A DNA stretch of 64,000 bases from positions 48,338-112,337 of the IMG/VR virus record IMGVR_UViG_3300042484_000872, one strand, 5' to 3'. Made by a program: the position numbers and the translations under genes. Of this stretch, positions 10,105 to 20,009 are shown piece after piece (the stretch's first letter is position 1; each line of letters opens with the position of its first letter). The DNA comes from a virus (Duplodnaviria > Heunggongvirae > Uroviricota > Caudoviricetes). The notes beneath the pieces are model-generated. The model ran no database searches, was not told the DNA's origin, and saw only the letters and a list, made by a program, of their open reading frames with translations.

Positions 10105-10370
10105 TATCTATATTTTAAAAGTTTGATTTTACTAGCTATCATATTCACAGAATATAAACCAGCGTAATTTGGATTACAAATTTTATATGAAAGAATTCTT
10201 CTGTAATTCAATAAAGAATTCATTGTATATGCATCAAAAGATTGATTTAACATAAATGAGATGTTATTATATAATGCATTACTCATGTCTGCTATTTTAC
10301 AATCTATCTCTAATATTAAAGAAGGAATGTTAGCACATTCTTTACAATTGGTTAATCTAGGTGATAGCAT
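10104..10370 (-). CDS. hypothetical protein (possibly fibre-associated)
   Basis: 88-aa ORF directly upstream of, and coupled to, the collar-domain fibre gene. Confidence 0.45.
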   Translation of the reverse strand: MLSPRLTNCKECANIPSLILEIDCKIADMSNALYNNISFMLNQSFDAYTMNSLLNYRRILSYKICNPNYAGLYSVNMIASKIKLLKYR

Positions 10371-10372
10371 AA

Positions 10373-10398
10373 TTTTATTTATTTATTTATTTATTTAC
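10373..10398. repeat. (TTTA)n microsatellite, ~6 units
   Basis: aattttatttatttatttatttatttac read directly. Sits between the start of 10104..10370 and the stop of the small Cys-rich ORF. Confidence 0.8.
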
Positions 10399-10482
10399 TT
10401 TAGAAGCACAGTGTGCACATAACCCATTGGTCAATTGACATCCACACCCCACTTTAGCTCCACATGCTGTACATTGTGCCAT
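10387..10482 (-). CDS. 31-aa Cys-rich peptide MAQCTACGAKVGCGCQLTNGLCAHCASKVNK
   Basis: Hand translation of the minus strand. 7 Cys in 31 aa. Below the ORF-track size cut-off. Its stop codon lies inside the TTTA repeat. Confidence 0.3.
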   Translation of the reverse strand: MAQCTACGAKVGCGCQLTNGLCAHCASKVNK

Positions 10483-10484
10483 GA

Positions 10485-11048
10485 TTAATAAAAGTTTATT
10501 TGATAATTATTCCCTGAACATCCACAGTTATTTTTTAAAAAACTGTTTAACATATTATCTGCTTGGTTATATAGTTTATATGCATCAGTCACTGCACAAT
10601 TATTTGCTGCAGCAATTGATCCTTGTATAAAGAAATATATTGAATTTAATGTTACACTAGATTGTGTTTTCAATGCTTGATCACATTCCATTAAATCGAG
10701 TTTCATAAATGCTCCATCAAACTTCTCTTGAAGTTTATCTACACGCATAATAGACTTTTCTACAAAGTTCTCATACGCAGGAGTGATAGAATATTTTAAA
10801 TAATAAACACCATCTGGTAAAGGTTGGTTAATTCCTGCTGGTGTTATCCCTAAGTTAGATGATGTAAAAATATTAAAATCATCCACTGTAAAAGGTATAA
10901 CAGCTACATCAAATCCTGGAGGTGTTATTTCAATAGTTGGAGAAGATACAATAGGAGGTGTACTAGTGTATGTCGATGCATCTGCAACACCAAGTGTTAA
11001 TGTATTATATGTAGGAATTACTAGTATATCTAATTGTAAGTTTGCCAT
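10485..11048 (-). CDS. hypothetical structural protein
   Basis: 187-aa ORF in the structural operon. Confidence 0.5.
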   Translation of the reverse strand: MANLQLDILVIPTYNTLTLGVADASTYTSTPPIVSSPTIEITPPGFDVAVIPFTVDDFNIFTSSNLGITPAGINQPLPDGVYYLKYSITPAYENFVEKSIMRVDKLQEKFDGAFMKLDLMECDQALKTQSSVTLNSIYFFIQGSIAAANNCAVTDAYKLYNQADNMLNSFLKNNCGCSGNNYQINFY

Positions 11049-11141
11049 GTTGTTTTTTTAATAAATATGCCAGAGGAATATGAGTGATATCCTCTTTCCC
11101 CTGGCATAGGTTATTTAATAATATTTTACTTCTGCTTATCC

Positions 11142-12335
11142 TTAAGGAATGTTAGTAGAAGTTGTAGTAGTAGTAGATGCAGGAGCACTAGATGTAGTAG
11201 TTGTAGTTGTAATACAAGCATTGTTATCTAATACAGTTCCTAAAGCAGCTTCTAATACAGTTTCAATTGCAGCAGCAATACCACTTGTTAAAGAGTTTGG
11301 AGCAGCAATGATTACAGTTGAATCTTCTTGAATGTAATCACCCCATTGGTATGCAGATTTATCATACTCATTAAATTTAATGTAGTATGTATCATATGTA
11401 GTACCACCAGATACCCAAGTCTCAAAGTTCTCGTTGTATCCATTCATTCTGTAAAGGTGTTTCAAATAACCAGCTTGGTAGCTATAGAAATTTTTCTCTA
11501 ATTGAGCAATTTCTGCAGATGTACCAGTAGCATAAGAAGCACGTTGAGTGATGATTGGTTGAGCAACAAAGTTACAAGCATCTGCAACAATAAAGTCAGC
11601 AGTAGTAGCTGGACCAGCATATACAAATGTTCTGAAAGACATTCTGTCATATTCAAAAGGGAACGCAGCAACATCACATGGTTGTCCATATACTGTTAAT
11701 GGTTTTCCTGTAATACGCAAGATAGTTCCACCTACATTTTCAAATGTATAGAATGTAGAGAATGAAATGTTATCAGGGTTGTTTCCTGGAGCTTTCAAAT
11801 TCAATTGATAAATCAACTCATCAATGATAGTAGATGTACTTACATCAGCACATGGATTAGCATCACAGTCACAACAAGGAGCTTGAATAGTTACTGATCT
11901 AGTGAAACCATTGAAATACAATGTATCAATATAAGAAGAGTGAGCACGCAAAGTTAATGTAATAACTTCTCCACATTGTACAGTGAAATTAGTTACATCA
12001 GTAATTTGGTTAGCAGCTGTTGGGCATCCTGTTACTTTATACCATTCTGTTACATTAGAACCAGAAGGTCTAATTGTTTGTACATTTCCTGTAAGAACTA
12101 CTCCACCACCTGCAATTCTATCAGATCTTTTAGATCCTTGCAAATAAGTATTTGTTCTACCTTGGGCAATGTAAAAATAAGGGAAGTTATTAATAGTTGA
12201 GCTAGTTACCGTAGCATACAAGTTATTAAAAATCCCAACTTGTCCTGCAGTCAAGTTTTGTGTTGAGCCAGAGCTAGGGAGTGCAGTTTGCCCTACTGGA
12301 ACCACAAATAATGTGGTTAATGAAAAATCAGCCAT
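11142..12335 (-). CDS. structural protein with Thr-rich C-terminus (possibly major tail or capsid-associated)
   Basis: 397-aa ORF ending ...TTTTTTSSAPASTTTTTSTNIP, resembling the linkers of the fibre paralogs. Confidence 0.5.
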   Translation of the reverse strand: MADFSLTTLFVVPVGQTALPSSGSTQNLTAGQVGIFNNLYATVTSSTINNFPYFYIAQGRTNTYLQGSKRSDRIAGGGVVLTGNVQTIRPSGSNVTEWYKVTGCPTAANQITDVTNFTVQCGEVITLTLRAHSSYIDTLYFNGFTRSVTIQAPCCDCDANPCADVSTSTIIDELIYQLNLKAPGNNPDNISFSTFYTFENVGGTILRITGKPLTVYGQPCDVAAFPFEYDRMSFRTFVYAGPATTADFIVADACNFVAQPIITQRASYATGTSAEIAQLEKNFYSYQAGYLKHLYRMNGYNENFETWVSGGTTYDTYYIKFNEYDKSAYQWGDYIQEDSTVIIAAPNSLTSGIAAAIETVLEAALGTVLDNNACITTTTTTSSAPASTTTTTSTNIP

Positions 12336-12359
12336 TGTTTATTTATTTAAATTAATAGT

Positions 12360-13091
12360 TTATTCGTTTGTTTGAATTCTGAATTGTGCACTTTGTACAG
12401 CTGCAGCATTTTCAGTATACATTGCTAAGTTTTGAACTGTAAGATCTAAAAGTTCATCTTCTAGATATGTTTCTAATTCACAATCAGCATCATATGATGG
12501 TTGTCCATCTAACATAATATATCCTGTCTTATTTATATACACTGGATATCTCATGTACATTATCTGTATATTCGTAGGTGTAAATGTACCATCGGTGAAT
12601 ATACTTATTTCATCTGATGCTAAGAAGTTAAATGTTTCTTGGTATTCAAATGAAGGTTTATAATGATCATTATTTAATATGAATTGAAGATCGCCATGTT
12701 TAGCAAGATCTCGGTTAATCCATATCTTTCTATCTTTACATCTTCCTTTATCAGCTAATGCGTAGCTGTCAACATAGAACATATACTTAGGTTCAAGTAG
12801 ATGAATATTAGCAGCCCATTGATTTAAATCAGCATCCTTTAATGTTAACTCTAATGGTTGGTGATTATAATTCATTACAAGACTCTGTAAGTCTTCATAA
12901 CGTTTTTTAAATGCATCCATTCCTAATCCACTGGTTACACTAATACCATCAACTTTTTGTTTTATCAACTTTATCTGAGCTTCATTCAAAGCTAAGATCT
13001 TGTCTTCTAATTGAATCTGTTGGTGCTCATTAGTTGATAGTTTATTTAGTTTCTGATCAATCTTATACAATAAACTATCTACTGGGATCAT
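12360..13091 (-). CDS. hypothetical protein
   Basis: 243-aa ORF, operon context. Confidence 0.5.
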   Translation of the reverse strand: MIPVDSLLYKIDQKLNKLSTNEHQQIQLEDKILALNEAQIKLIKQKVDGISVTSGLGMDAFKKRYEDLQSLVMNYNHQPLELTLKDADLNQWAANIHLLEPKYMFYVDSYALADKGRCKDRKIWINRDLAKHGDLQFILNNDHYKPSFEYQETFNFLASDEISIFTDGTFTPTNIQIMYMRYPVYINKTGYIMLDGQPSYDADCELETYLEDELLDLTVQNLAMYTENAAAVQSAQFRIQTNE

Positions 13092-13119
13092 ATGCTTTTA
13101 TATTTTTAAAACTAGCCTC

Positions 13120-14091
13120 TTATACAGAAGCTAGCTTTTTAGTTTTCAATTTACCTTCTAATACTAATAACTCATCTTGGTTATCATCATCAGCTAGGAA
13201 TCTAATTAAATCTTCCTCATCTTTAGCTATTTCAAATTCACCTTCATAAACCTTACCGTTTGGTTTGATTCTATACACTGAATGTGCTACAGCTTGTTTT
13301 ACTAAATCTTTTATATGGAGTAAGGCTTCTTTCATATCTGCAAATCTATTGAACACTTCAACTGGACTCAATCCTGAATATTTACCATTCTTGAATTCTG
13401 TTTGTTTCAATACATTATCTACTAAGTTATAAACCACTTCTTCTTTTGTTTCTTCTGTTACTGGAAGACCTAAAAGTCTTGCAACTTTTTTCTTCTTCTC
13501 AGGACTCATAGAATCAAACTTAACAATAGCTTTATTAATTAATTGTTTTTTCTTGAAGATCACTGCGTTCTCAATCTCATCATCTACAACATAAAATTGT
13601 GTATCTGCTGCAAATTCTCCTCTTTCCCAAGCTTGATATGAACTTGCAATTGTTGGATGAACTCTTAACCATGAAAAAGCTATTTCTTGAAAAGCATTTG
13701 ATAGATCAAAATAGTTATCACCATCTAATAGTTTAACTACTTGTACGTGTGTTTGATCATCTGTAGAAGTTGATAAACCATAGTTCCAGAATTGTGAACG
13801 AGGTCCTAAATCAATATCCCCTATCTCATTTTCAAGTTTTATTTTAAGAGCTCTCACTCTTTCAATCTCTAATTCTTTTTCTAAAGGATCTTGGATTCTT
13901 TTAATGTACGTAGCATTTTCATCTAATCCTGTTCTGTACTTTCCATCTAATTCTTTATAAGGATATTTGAATACTCCTGTTCCAGGGATTCTTGTCATTC
14001 CTTTTTGTGATAGTCCACTATCCATTGTTTGAAGTTGAGCACTATTTGTATAGTCTCTCTTAATAGTAGAAATTTTTCCTGTCTTACCCAT
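13120..14091 (-). CDS. hypothetical protein
   Basis: 323-aa ORF, operon context. Confidence 0.5.
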   Translation of the reverse strand: MGKTGKISTIKRDYTNSAQLQTMDSGLSQKGMTRIPGTGVFKYPYKELDGKYRTGLDENATYIKRIQDPLEKELEIERVRALKIKLENEIGDIDLGPRSQFWNYGLSTSTDDQTHVQVVKLLDGDNYFDLSNAFQEIAFSWLRVHPTIASSYQAWERGEFAADTQFYVVDDEIENAVIFKKKQLINKAIVKFDSMSPEKKKKVARLLGLPVTEETKEEVVYNLVDNVLKQTEFKNGKYSGLSPVEVFNRFADMKEALLHIKDLVKQAVAHSVYRIKPNGKVYEGEFEIAKDEEDLIRFLADDDNQDELLVLEGKLKTKKLASV

Positions 14092-14125
14092 AATGTAGTT
14101 AAATTTAATAATTGGTTTTAATTTG

Positions 14126-14200
14126 TTGCGTGGGTTGGACTCGAACCAACGACCTCTAGGTTATGAGCCTAGCGAGCTAACCAACTGCTACTACCACACG
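14126..14200 (-). tRNA. tRNA-Met (CAT), initiator-like
   Basis: Reverse complement CGTGTGGTAGTAGCAGTTGGTTAGCTCGCTAGGCTCATAACCTAGAGGTCGTTGGTTCGAGTCCAACCCACGCAA. Anticodon loop CTCATAA, T-arm GTTGG-TTCGAGT-CCAAC, C1/A72 mismatch and A11:U24 as in bacterial tRNA-fMet. Strongly resembles E. coli tRNA-fMet by eye. Acceptor stem by hand alignment; D-stem pairing imperfect; no encoded CCA. Needs tRNAscan-SE/ARAGORN. Confidence 0.6.
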
Positions 14201-14412
14201 ATTTAGTAGAGTGGTTCCACCGAAGGAACCTGAACATGGATACTATCCATTTCAACACTCTGACACTTAGTTACGTTGCTATGCAAGAGGCTTGACTAAG
14301 TATGTTTGAGAATCATCCCCTCTAGGAGGGAGAGGAGTTGAGGGGAATCATCTCGGAAAAAAGAGATGTATGCTGTTCTATAATGGGAAGCAGTACATCT
14401 TCAATTTCATTA

Positions 14413-15975
14413 TTAGAATTGTGGCATTTCCTCAATCAACACAGTTCTAGACAAATCTTCAATAAATACATCACATCTGTCTTTCATCCAGATTTCGTAT
14501 CCTGGGAATTTATTAGCAGAGCTCATACCTTGAGATTTAGCAAAACCTAAGTGATGACGAGTTCCATCAATATAACCCCAAGTCATAGAAGGAGCACCTT
14601 TCATACGTACTTCTCTAATGTTGTTTACCATTGAACCATCAGACATTGGAGAAACATCAAACACCATAAATACAGGCGTAGATTTTTTGTTTTGTCCAAA
14701 CTCTAAGTTAGATTGTGGTAAATCTAATTCTTTTAAGTGAATCAATTCAACTCTACCAGTCTCACGAGTTACCATTGCATCAAATGCAAAGTTGTAAGTG
14801 ATATGTTGTCCTTCACCTTGCATGTATCTGTTTCCAGAATCAGCCATGAAAGTAAGACCTGAATTTAATGCATCTGTTTTCAAAGCTTGTTGGAATACAT
14901 CGAATCCAGCTTCATTAGTATACATTTTTACACTTCTATCTTTCACATCCACTCTTCTGTAGAATAAATCTCCAAATACAGAACGGATTAAGTTAGCAGA
15001 GAATTCACCTCTGTTATATTGTACCAAGTTTCCATTGTTACGCATTCTGTGATATACACCAGCAGATGTTCTTTTCAATTCTTGTTTAGAACCTCCAGAT
15101 TTAACTGTACCTGGTTTAGCCCAGATCATACGTTTAACTTTCAATTCAATCATTGACTTACGCATCCAGAATTCAATAAACGGTTCCCATTTAACATCAT
15201 TACGTGTAAGTGGTAATTGGTTACGTCTTTGTGGAGCATATACCAAAATGTCTAATGGTTTACCAGAAGCATCTCTCATCATTTTGTCATCAGCCCATTC
15301 TGTGATTTTGTGCTCATATCCATATGCAGAACCTAATGATTCAAACATTGTGATTTGCTCACCTAATCTTGGAAGACCTAATAAATCTTGATCAAACTCA
15401 CCAATAGCTGCATCAACTAATTCTAGTTCTACACCATATTGTAAGAATACAGGATTAACAAAATCAACTTGTGGATTATCAGTTACTAATGTAAATGAAT
15501 ACAAGTATCCCATATTCCAAGGTAATGGATCTTTGATCACGTAGAAACGTGGACCATATTGACGTGTACCTACAGAGATGATAGCATTTTTAGAAAACTC
15601 ATTAGTATCTAATACTAATTGGAATTCTTGACCATCGATACCTGTTTTACCAAGATCAATTAAATCTTGTGTAGAAGAAGGAATGTCAATAATTTTTGGG
15701 AATTTGTAAGGAACTGCTACTTGCCATTTCCATGCATCACTATTATTATCAATATAATAAGGTGTGCTTTTGTTGATCATGTCTAAGAAGTCATTACTGT
15801 AAAGTGAGCTCTGTGTATAAAGACTGATGATTTTTTTATCATAGTCTGCAGGCTCAGTAGAGTGAAAACTCTCTAAGTGGTTAGAGTCTGTTAGTTTTCC
15901 TACTGCACGTTTGTCCATAGACGCTACACGAGCATAAGTAAAACCAGTTAACCCAGGAATTGTTTGAATTGCCAT
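14413..15975 (-). CDS. putative major capsid protein
   Basis: 520-aa ORF directly downstream of the scaffold-like gene in a portal-scaffold-capsid order. No motif-level confirmation. Confidence 0.4.
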   Translation of the reverse strand: MAIQTIPGLTGFTYARVASMDKRAVGKLTDSNHLESFHSTEPADYDKKIISLYTQSSLYSNDFLDMINKSTPYYIDNNSDAWKWQVAVPYKFPKIIDIPSSTQDLIDLGKTGIDGQEFQLVLDTNEFSKNAIISVGTRQYGPRFYVIKDPLPWNMGYLYSFTLVTDNPQVDFVNPVFLQYGVELELVDAAIGEFDQDLLGLPRLGEQITMFESLGSAYGYEHKITEWADDKMMRDASGKPLDILVYAPQRRNQLPLTRNDVKWEPFIEFWMRKSMIELKVKRMIWAKPGTVKSGGSKQELKRTSAGVYHRMRNNGNLVQYNRGEFSANLIRSVFGDLFYRRVDVKDRSVKMYTNEAGFDVFQQALKTDALNSGLTFMADSGNRYMQGEGQHITYNFAFDAMVTRETGRVELIHLKELDLPQSNLEFGQNKKSTPVFMVFDVSPMSDGSMVNNIREVRMKGAPSMTWGYIDGTRHHLGFAKSQGMSSANKFPGYEIWMKDRCDVFIEDLSRTVLIEEMPQF

Positions 15976-16008
15976 TGTTATTCGTTTTTATTAATTATTT
16001 ATTATTTG

Positions 16009-17280
16009 TTATAAGAACCATGATTTTGAATTAGCACCACCAGTAGTAGGTCCAGCTGTTTTAGCTTTTGATACTTGTCTTGCAACTTCTCCAAATAACT
16101 GATCAGATTTTTTTGTAACACCTGATCTTTGTATAGTTGATAATGTAGGATCTTTTTCTAACATTTTAAGAATAAGCCCCACCTTAACTTTTTGTGCATG
16201 ATTCTCTGGTCTTTTAAGATCTAAAATAGCACGATCAAAATCAGTTAGGGTTTCTCCTGAAGGAGTTTTCCATTTATCAACTAATAAGAAGTCTTGTAGT
16301 TCTGTTGCTAATTTTGGATTGATTGGAATACCATCAAACTCTTTTGCTTTCACCTTATCATTTAAGATGGTTTGCACATTGTTTATATATTGATTTCTGA
16401 TTTGAGCTTTTTGTTGTAACTCTTGTTCAGATTTAGCTTCTAAGTCTTGTAACTTAGCTGCTTCTTTTTTAACTAACACTTTGTGATGTTTTGTTGCAAC
16501 ACTTTCTAAATCACCGTAGTTTTTAAGTCTTTCGATTTCTGTTTCTACATCATCTGGCTCAAATCCTTGATTAGTTAATGCTTGCTTCATTATTCTTTCT
16601 TGATTGTTCTCATCAGAAAGATCCATCTCAGCAAATCCAACAACATTGTTATATGTAGTGAAGTAATCTTTTGGATCAACTCCTTTTACAAATATGGCAT
16701 CAAAAGCTTCTTGATAGTCTTCTCCAAATTGTCCAATGAAGTTTTGTACTATTTCACTAGCACCTTTTTTCTTCTCTTCATTAAATCTTTCTAGAAATTC
16801 TTCTGCAGTGTTTACTGGTTCTTGATTATCATCCTCAGATGTAAATACACCTAGTTTGTAAAGATCATTTGCAAGAGCAGTGAATTGTGTTCCTTCTGGA
16901 GCATCAGTATCACTACTATTATCTTCATCAGTATTATCAACACTTGTAGATTTTGCAGGTTTTGCTACTGGGGGAACATCATCATTATCTTCATCATCAT
17001 CATCACTAAAGAAATCAGCAATCAATGATTGCCCTTCTTGTTTTTCTTCATCTGTTTTACCATCAACACTCTTAGGAGGAACAATATCCTTTCCTTTAGG
17101 AGTTGCTGGTGTAGCAGGTGCAGCAGGAGATTCTGCATCTTTAATAATTGCAGTGACATCTTCTGGATTGCTAGAAGCAGTCTCAGGTTCAAATAATCCC
17201 TGAAGTAATTCTTGATTACCCATTCCCATTTCCATAGTATCTTGGATACTAAAGTTGCTTATATCTAAATTATCAGCCAT
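16009..17280 (-). CDS. scaffold-like protein (acidic, coiled-coil)
   Basis: Long acidic tracts (DDDDEDNDD) and K/E/Q-rich helical C-terminal half; sits between portal and capsid candidates. Confidence 0.4.
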   Translation of the reverse strand: MADNLDISNFSIQDTMEMGMGNQELLQGLFEPETASSNPEDVTAIIKDAESPAAPATPATPKGKDIVPPKSVDGKTDEEKQEGQSLIADFFSDDDDEDNDDVPPVAKPAKSTSVDNTDEDNSSDTDAPEGTQFTALANDLYKLGVFTSEDDNQEPVNTAEEFLERFNEEKKKGASEIVQNFIGQFGEDYQEAFDAIFVKGVDPKDYFTTYNNVVGFAEMDLSDENNQERIMKQALTNQGFEPDDVETEIERLKNYGDLESVATKHHKVLVKKEAAKLQDLEAKSEQELQQKAQIRNQYINNVQTILNDKVKAKEFDGIPINPKLATELQDFLLVDKWKTPSGETLTDFDRAILDLKRPENHAQKVKVGLILKMLEKDPTLSTIQRSGVTKKSDQLFGEVARQVSKAKTAGPTTGGANSKSWFL

Positions 17281-17398
17281 ATGTAGTTGTGTTTGTGTTT
17301 GGTTTATTTATGTAAAAGTATAATAAGAGTTTCTAATATCAAAGAGTTATGTGTCAATGTGATCCAATTTTCTTGATAATATAGCATTAATATAAAAT

Positions 17399-17424
17399 CC
17401 TCCTCCGAAGAGGAGAAGTTTTTT
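17399..17424. terminator. stem-loop CCTCCTC-cgaa-GAGGAG followed by TTTTTT; T-rich flank on the minus strand too
   Basis: Lies between the portal stop (17423) and the scaffold start (17280). Possible attenuator or bidirectional terminator. Confidence 0.3.
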
Positions 17425-20008
17425 AACCTTTTTTGTTATTTCTGCCTTTAGCGTTCTCTTTTGCAACAGCAAGATCGTTTGCCATATTCTCTCTAGCCAC
17501 TTGTAGTTTCTCTTTTTCTACAGACATTTTATCGCTAGCTTGTTTATTCTTAGATTGAATATCAGCCATCTTTAATCCATAATCTTTTGTAGCTGTATCT
17601 TGATCGTGAGCTAACCTACTCATTTCCATTACATCAGGAATAGCATTTGCATTTACATCTTCTGATTCAACATTACCAAATCCTGTAGCTTGTATAATAG
17701 CAATCTTCTCTTTAGATAGTCTATCAAGTTCTTTTTGGTAATCATCATGAGCCAATTGCTCTTGGTGTTGTTGGATGAGGAACTGTTGTTGAGCTTGTGC
17801 TTGTTGTTGTTGAGCTTCTTGCTGTTGTTGAGCAAGTTGTTGTTGTTGCTCTTGTTGAGCAATTTGTCTATCTCTAAGATCTTTAAATACCTTCTTAAGT
17901 TCTCTTTGAGACTTAGTAGAATACAATTCTATTACATCATAAAGCGTGCCACCATTTTGAATAATAGCTTGAGAAAGTTGTCTAAGTTCATTAAACATTT
18001 GTGTATCTTCTGGTCTGTTTGTTAAGAACACTTTTAAGTCACGAAATTTAAGATCTGACCCATTTACTTGTACAAATGCAGATTGTCCCTCAGAGGTCAC
18101 ATATGAAAGCGTAGACTGAGGTTTTGATGATTCTACATAAAGAGCAGCATCTATAATACTTTGATACAGCTGTCCAAGCACATACTCGTGAGCTACAAAA
18201 AGAGGCTCTGTTTGAGAGTAACTCTGCTGCATCGCAGTATTAGTTCCTGTTGCACTTTCAGAAGCAGATACACTTCCCATACGTTGTTTAGACATACCTA
18301 CAAGTTCCCAGCATTCAAGTTTCACTTGCTGAGCTAATGTATATCTAGATTGTATCTCCTGTGTACGTGTAAGATCAAGAGCTGTAAATTGATTAAATGA
18401 ACTAGGACTCTTTAGATTCTCAGGACTATCATCAATAAATACCACTCCTCTGTTACGTGCTTCCATTTCCCATATATCAAGAGCATCTTGTGCATCTCCA
18501 TCTTTAGGAATAGGAATGTGTCTTAATGACATAAGCTGAACCTTACCCACTTCTTTCTCAAGTAGTTTGTATAATTGGTTCATACATACATTATAAATTA
18601 CTTGGAAAGGTTTCATAAGATCCACTAAGCTTTTTGCTTCTGTATTCTTCACCTCAAATGTTGTACCTATAATAGGACAATAGTTTAATAACTTAAATGG
18701 TTTGATATGATAGATATCTGGACCAATCTTTGTTCCTTGATACCATTCATTAATCCATCCCCATTCTAATGATTGTTGTGTAGGTATAGTACCTGATTTA
18801 TATGATTCATCAACAAGTGTAGATTGCTCATTACCCATTTCATCTATATAAATTAACTTACCAATTTTCTTTTTAGATATCCAATAGCTTCTTACAACAA
18901 CATACTTATATCCAAATGAGCTTACATTATTAGTAAGACCTAAGAAATCTTTTAGTCCATCATTGTTTTCTTTCATCTCTGATTCAATGATCATACGTGT
19001 CTGTAGAACAAGTGGATCAAATGTATCATACATTACAGAGTCTTGTCCTGGAACAGCATCTGGATTACCAAGGTTTGATTCTCTAACATTAATCAATCCG
19101 TAATCTTGTAAAGATGATCTAAGGTGATCTATTTCTTCTTTTGTAAGATCTGGTATAGATTCAATAATCTCAGATAATTCCATAACTTGCACAGTACCAG
19201 CAGCATATGCTCCTTGAGCTCTACCTGTAGGATCTGATATGTATTTTCTATCTGGTGTACTTAAGAACCATGTGTTCTTTGGATTAGCTACTTCAACATT
19301 AAATCCAAGTTTAGAATTGTCTTCATATATATGATAGAATTCTCTAGCAGATATTAACATATCTCTAAATGCATCCTCACTCTTTTCTTTAATATTAAAC
19401 TCAGCTTTCTGACATGTAAGAACATGGTTGGCCCATTTCTCAGCTATAGATGTATAGCTATCTAACTCATCCTTAACCTGTTCCATTGTCATTTGTTGCA
19501 ATTGCTCTGGATCAATTTCTTCTCCTTGCATTGCAGCTTTTTCTGTCAACTGTTGTTTAACTTGATTGATTACATATTCTTGTAACGTATCTGTTTTGAA
19601 CTGAAGCTCTTCTGCTTTACTATCATCATCAAAAGCTTTCACTCTAAATGTATCAGGTCTCTTTGATATTTCACCAACGAGCTCATTAACAGGAGTGGTG
19701 ATGATTGAATACATCTTTACATAAGCAGGAAGAGCTAAGTCTCCTGTAAGTACATCTGTAAAGCTTCTTACCTCTGGTTCTTGATAGAAATCTTCCATAC
19801 GAAGAATTCCTTTCATAAGATCGTAATTAGGAACAAAGGTGTCTCTGTTCTTTATATACTCAGCATATGCTTTATTGGAGAAATAATCCATCGTATTTTT
19901 AATCCAACTCTCATCTTGTTTTTCCTTATCTGTTTTGAATTGATCAGGAAAGATGTTTAAGTATGCATACCTAATAGTAGCATCTTTTGTATATCTAATT
20001 ATTGCCAT
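17423..20008 (-). CDS. putative portal protein (Gln-rich coiled-coil C-terminus)
   Basis: 861-aa ORF immediately downstream of TerL. C-terminal QQEQQQQLAQQQQEAQQQQAQAQQQ tract. Assigned by gene order. Confidence 0.5.
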   Translation of the reverse strand: MAIIRYTKDATIRYAYLNIFPDQFKTDKEKQDESWIKNTMDYFSNKAYAEYIKNRDTFVPNYDLMKGILRMEDFYQEPEVRSFTDVLTGDLALPAYVKMYSIITTPVNELVGEISKRPDTFRVKAFDDDSKAEELQFKTDTLQEYVINQVKQQLTEKAAMQGEEIDPEQLQQMTMEQVKDELDSYTSIAEKWANHVLTCQKAEFNIKEKSEDAFRDMLISAREFYHIYEDNSKLGFNVEVANPKNTWFLSTPDRKYISDPTGRAQGAYAAGTVQVMELSEIIESIPDLTKEEIDHLRSSLQDYGLINVRESNLGNPDAVPGQDSVMYDTFDPLVLQTRMIIESEMKENNDGLKDFLGLTNNVSSFGYKYVVVRSYWISKKKIGKLIYIDEMGNEQSTLVDESYKSGTIPTQQSLEWGWINEWYQGTKIGPDIYHIKPFKLLNYCPIIGTTFEVKNTEAKSLVDLMKPFQVIYNVCMNQLYKLLEKEVGKVQLMSLRHIPIPKDGDAQDALDIWEMEARNRGVVFIDDSPENLKSPSSFNQFTALDLTRTQEIQSRYTLAQQVKLECWELVGMSKQRMGSVSASESATGTNTAMQQSYSQTEPLFVAHEYVLGQLYQSIIDAALYVESSKPQSTLSYVTSEGQSAFVQVNGSDLKFRDLKVFLTNRPEDTQMFNELRQLSQAIIQNGGTLYDVIELYSTKSQRELKKVFKDLRDRQIAQQEQQQQLAQQQQEAQQQQAQAQQQFLIQQHQEQLAHDDYQKELDRLSKEKIAIIQATGFGNVESEDVNANAIPDVMEMSRLAHDQDTATKDYGLKMADIQSKNKQASDKMSVEKEKLQVARENMANDLAVAKENAKGRNNKKG

Positions 20009-20009
20009 G

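Noticed and set aside
17423-17700. Poly-Gln tract at the portal C-terminus as a separate feature or repeat element
   Set aside because: It is in-frame coding low complexity (coiled-coil-like), not a DNA-level mobile or regulatory repeat.
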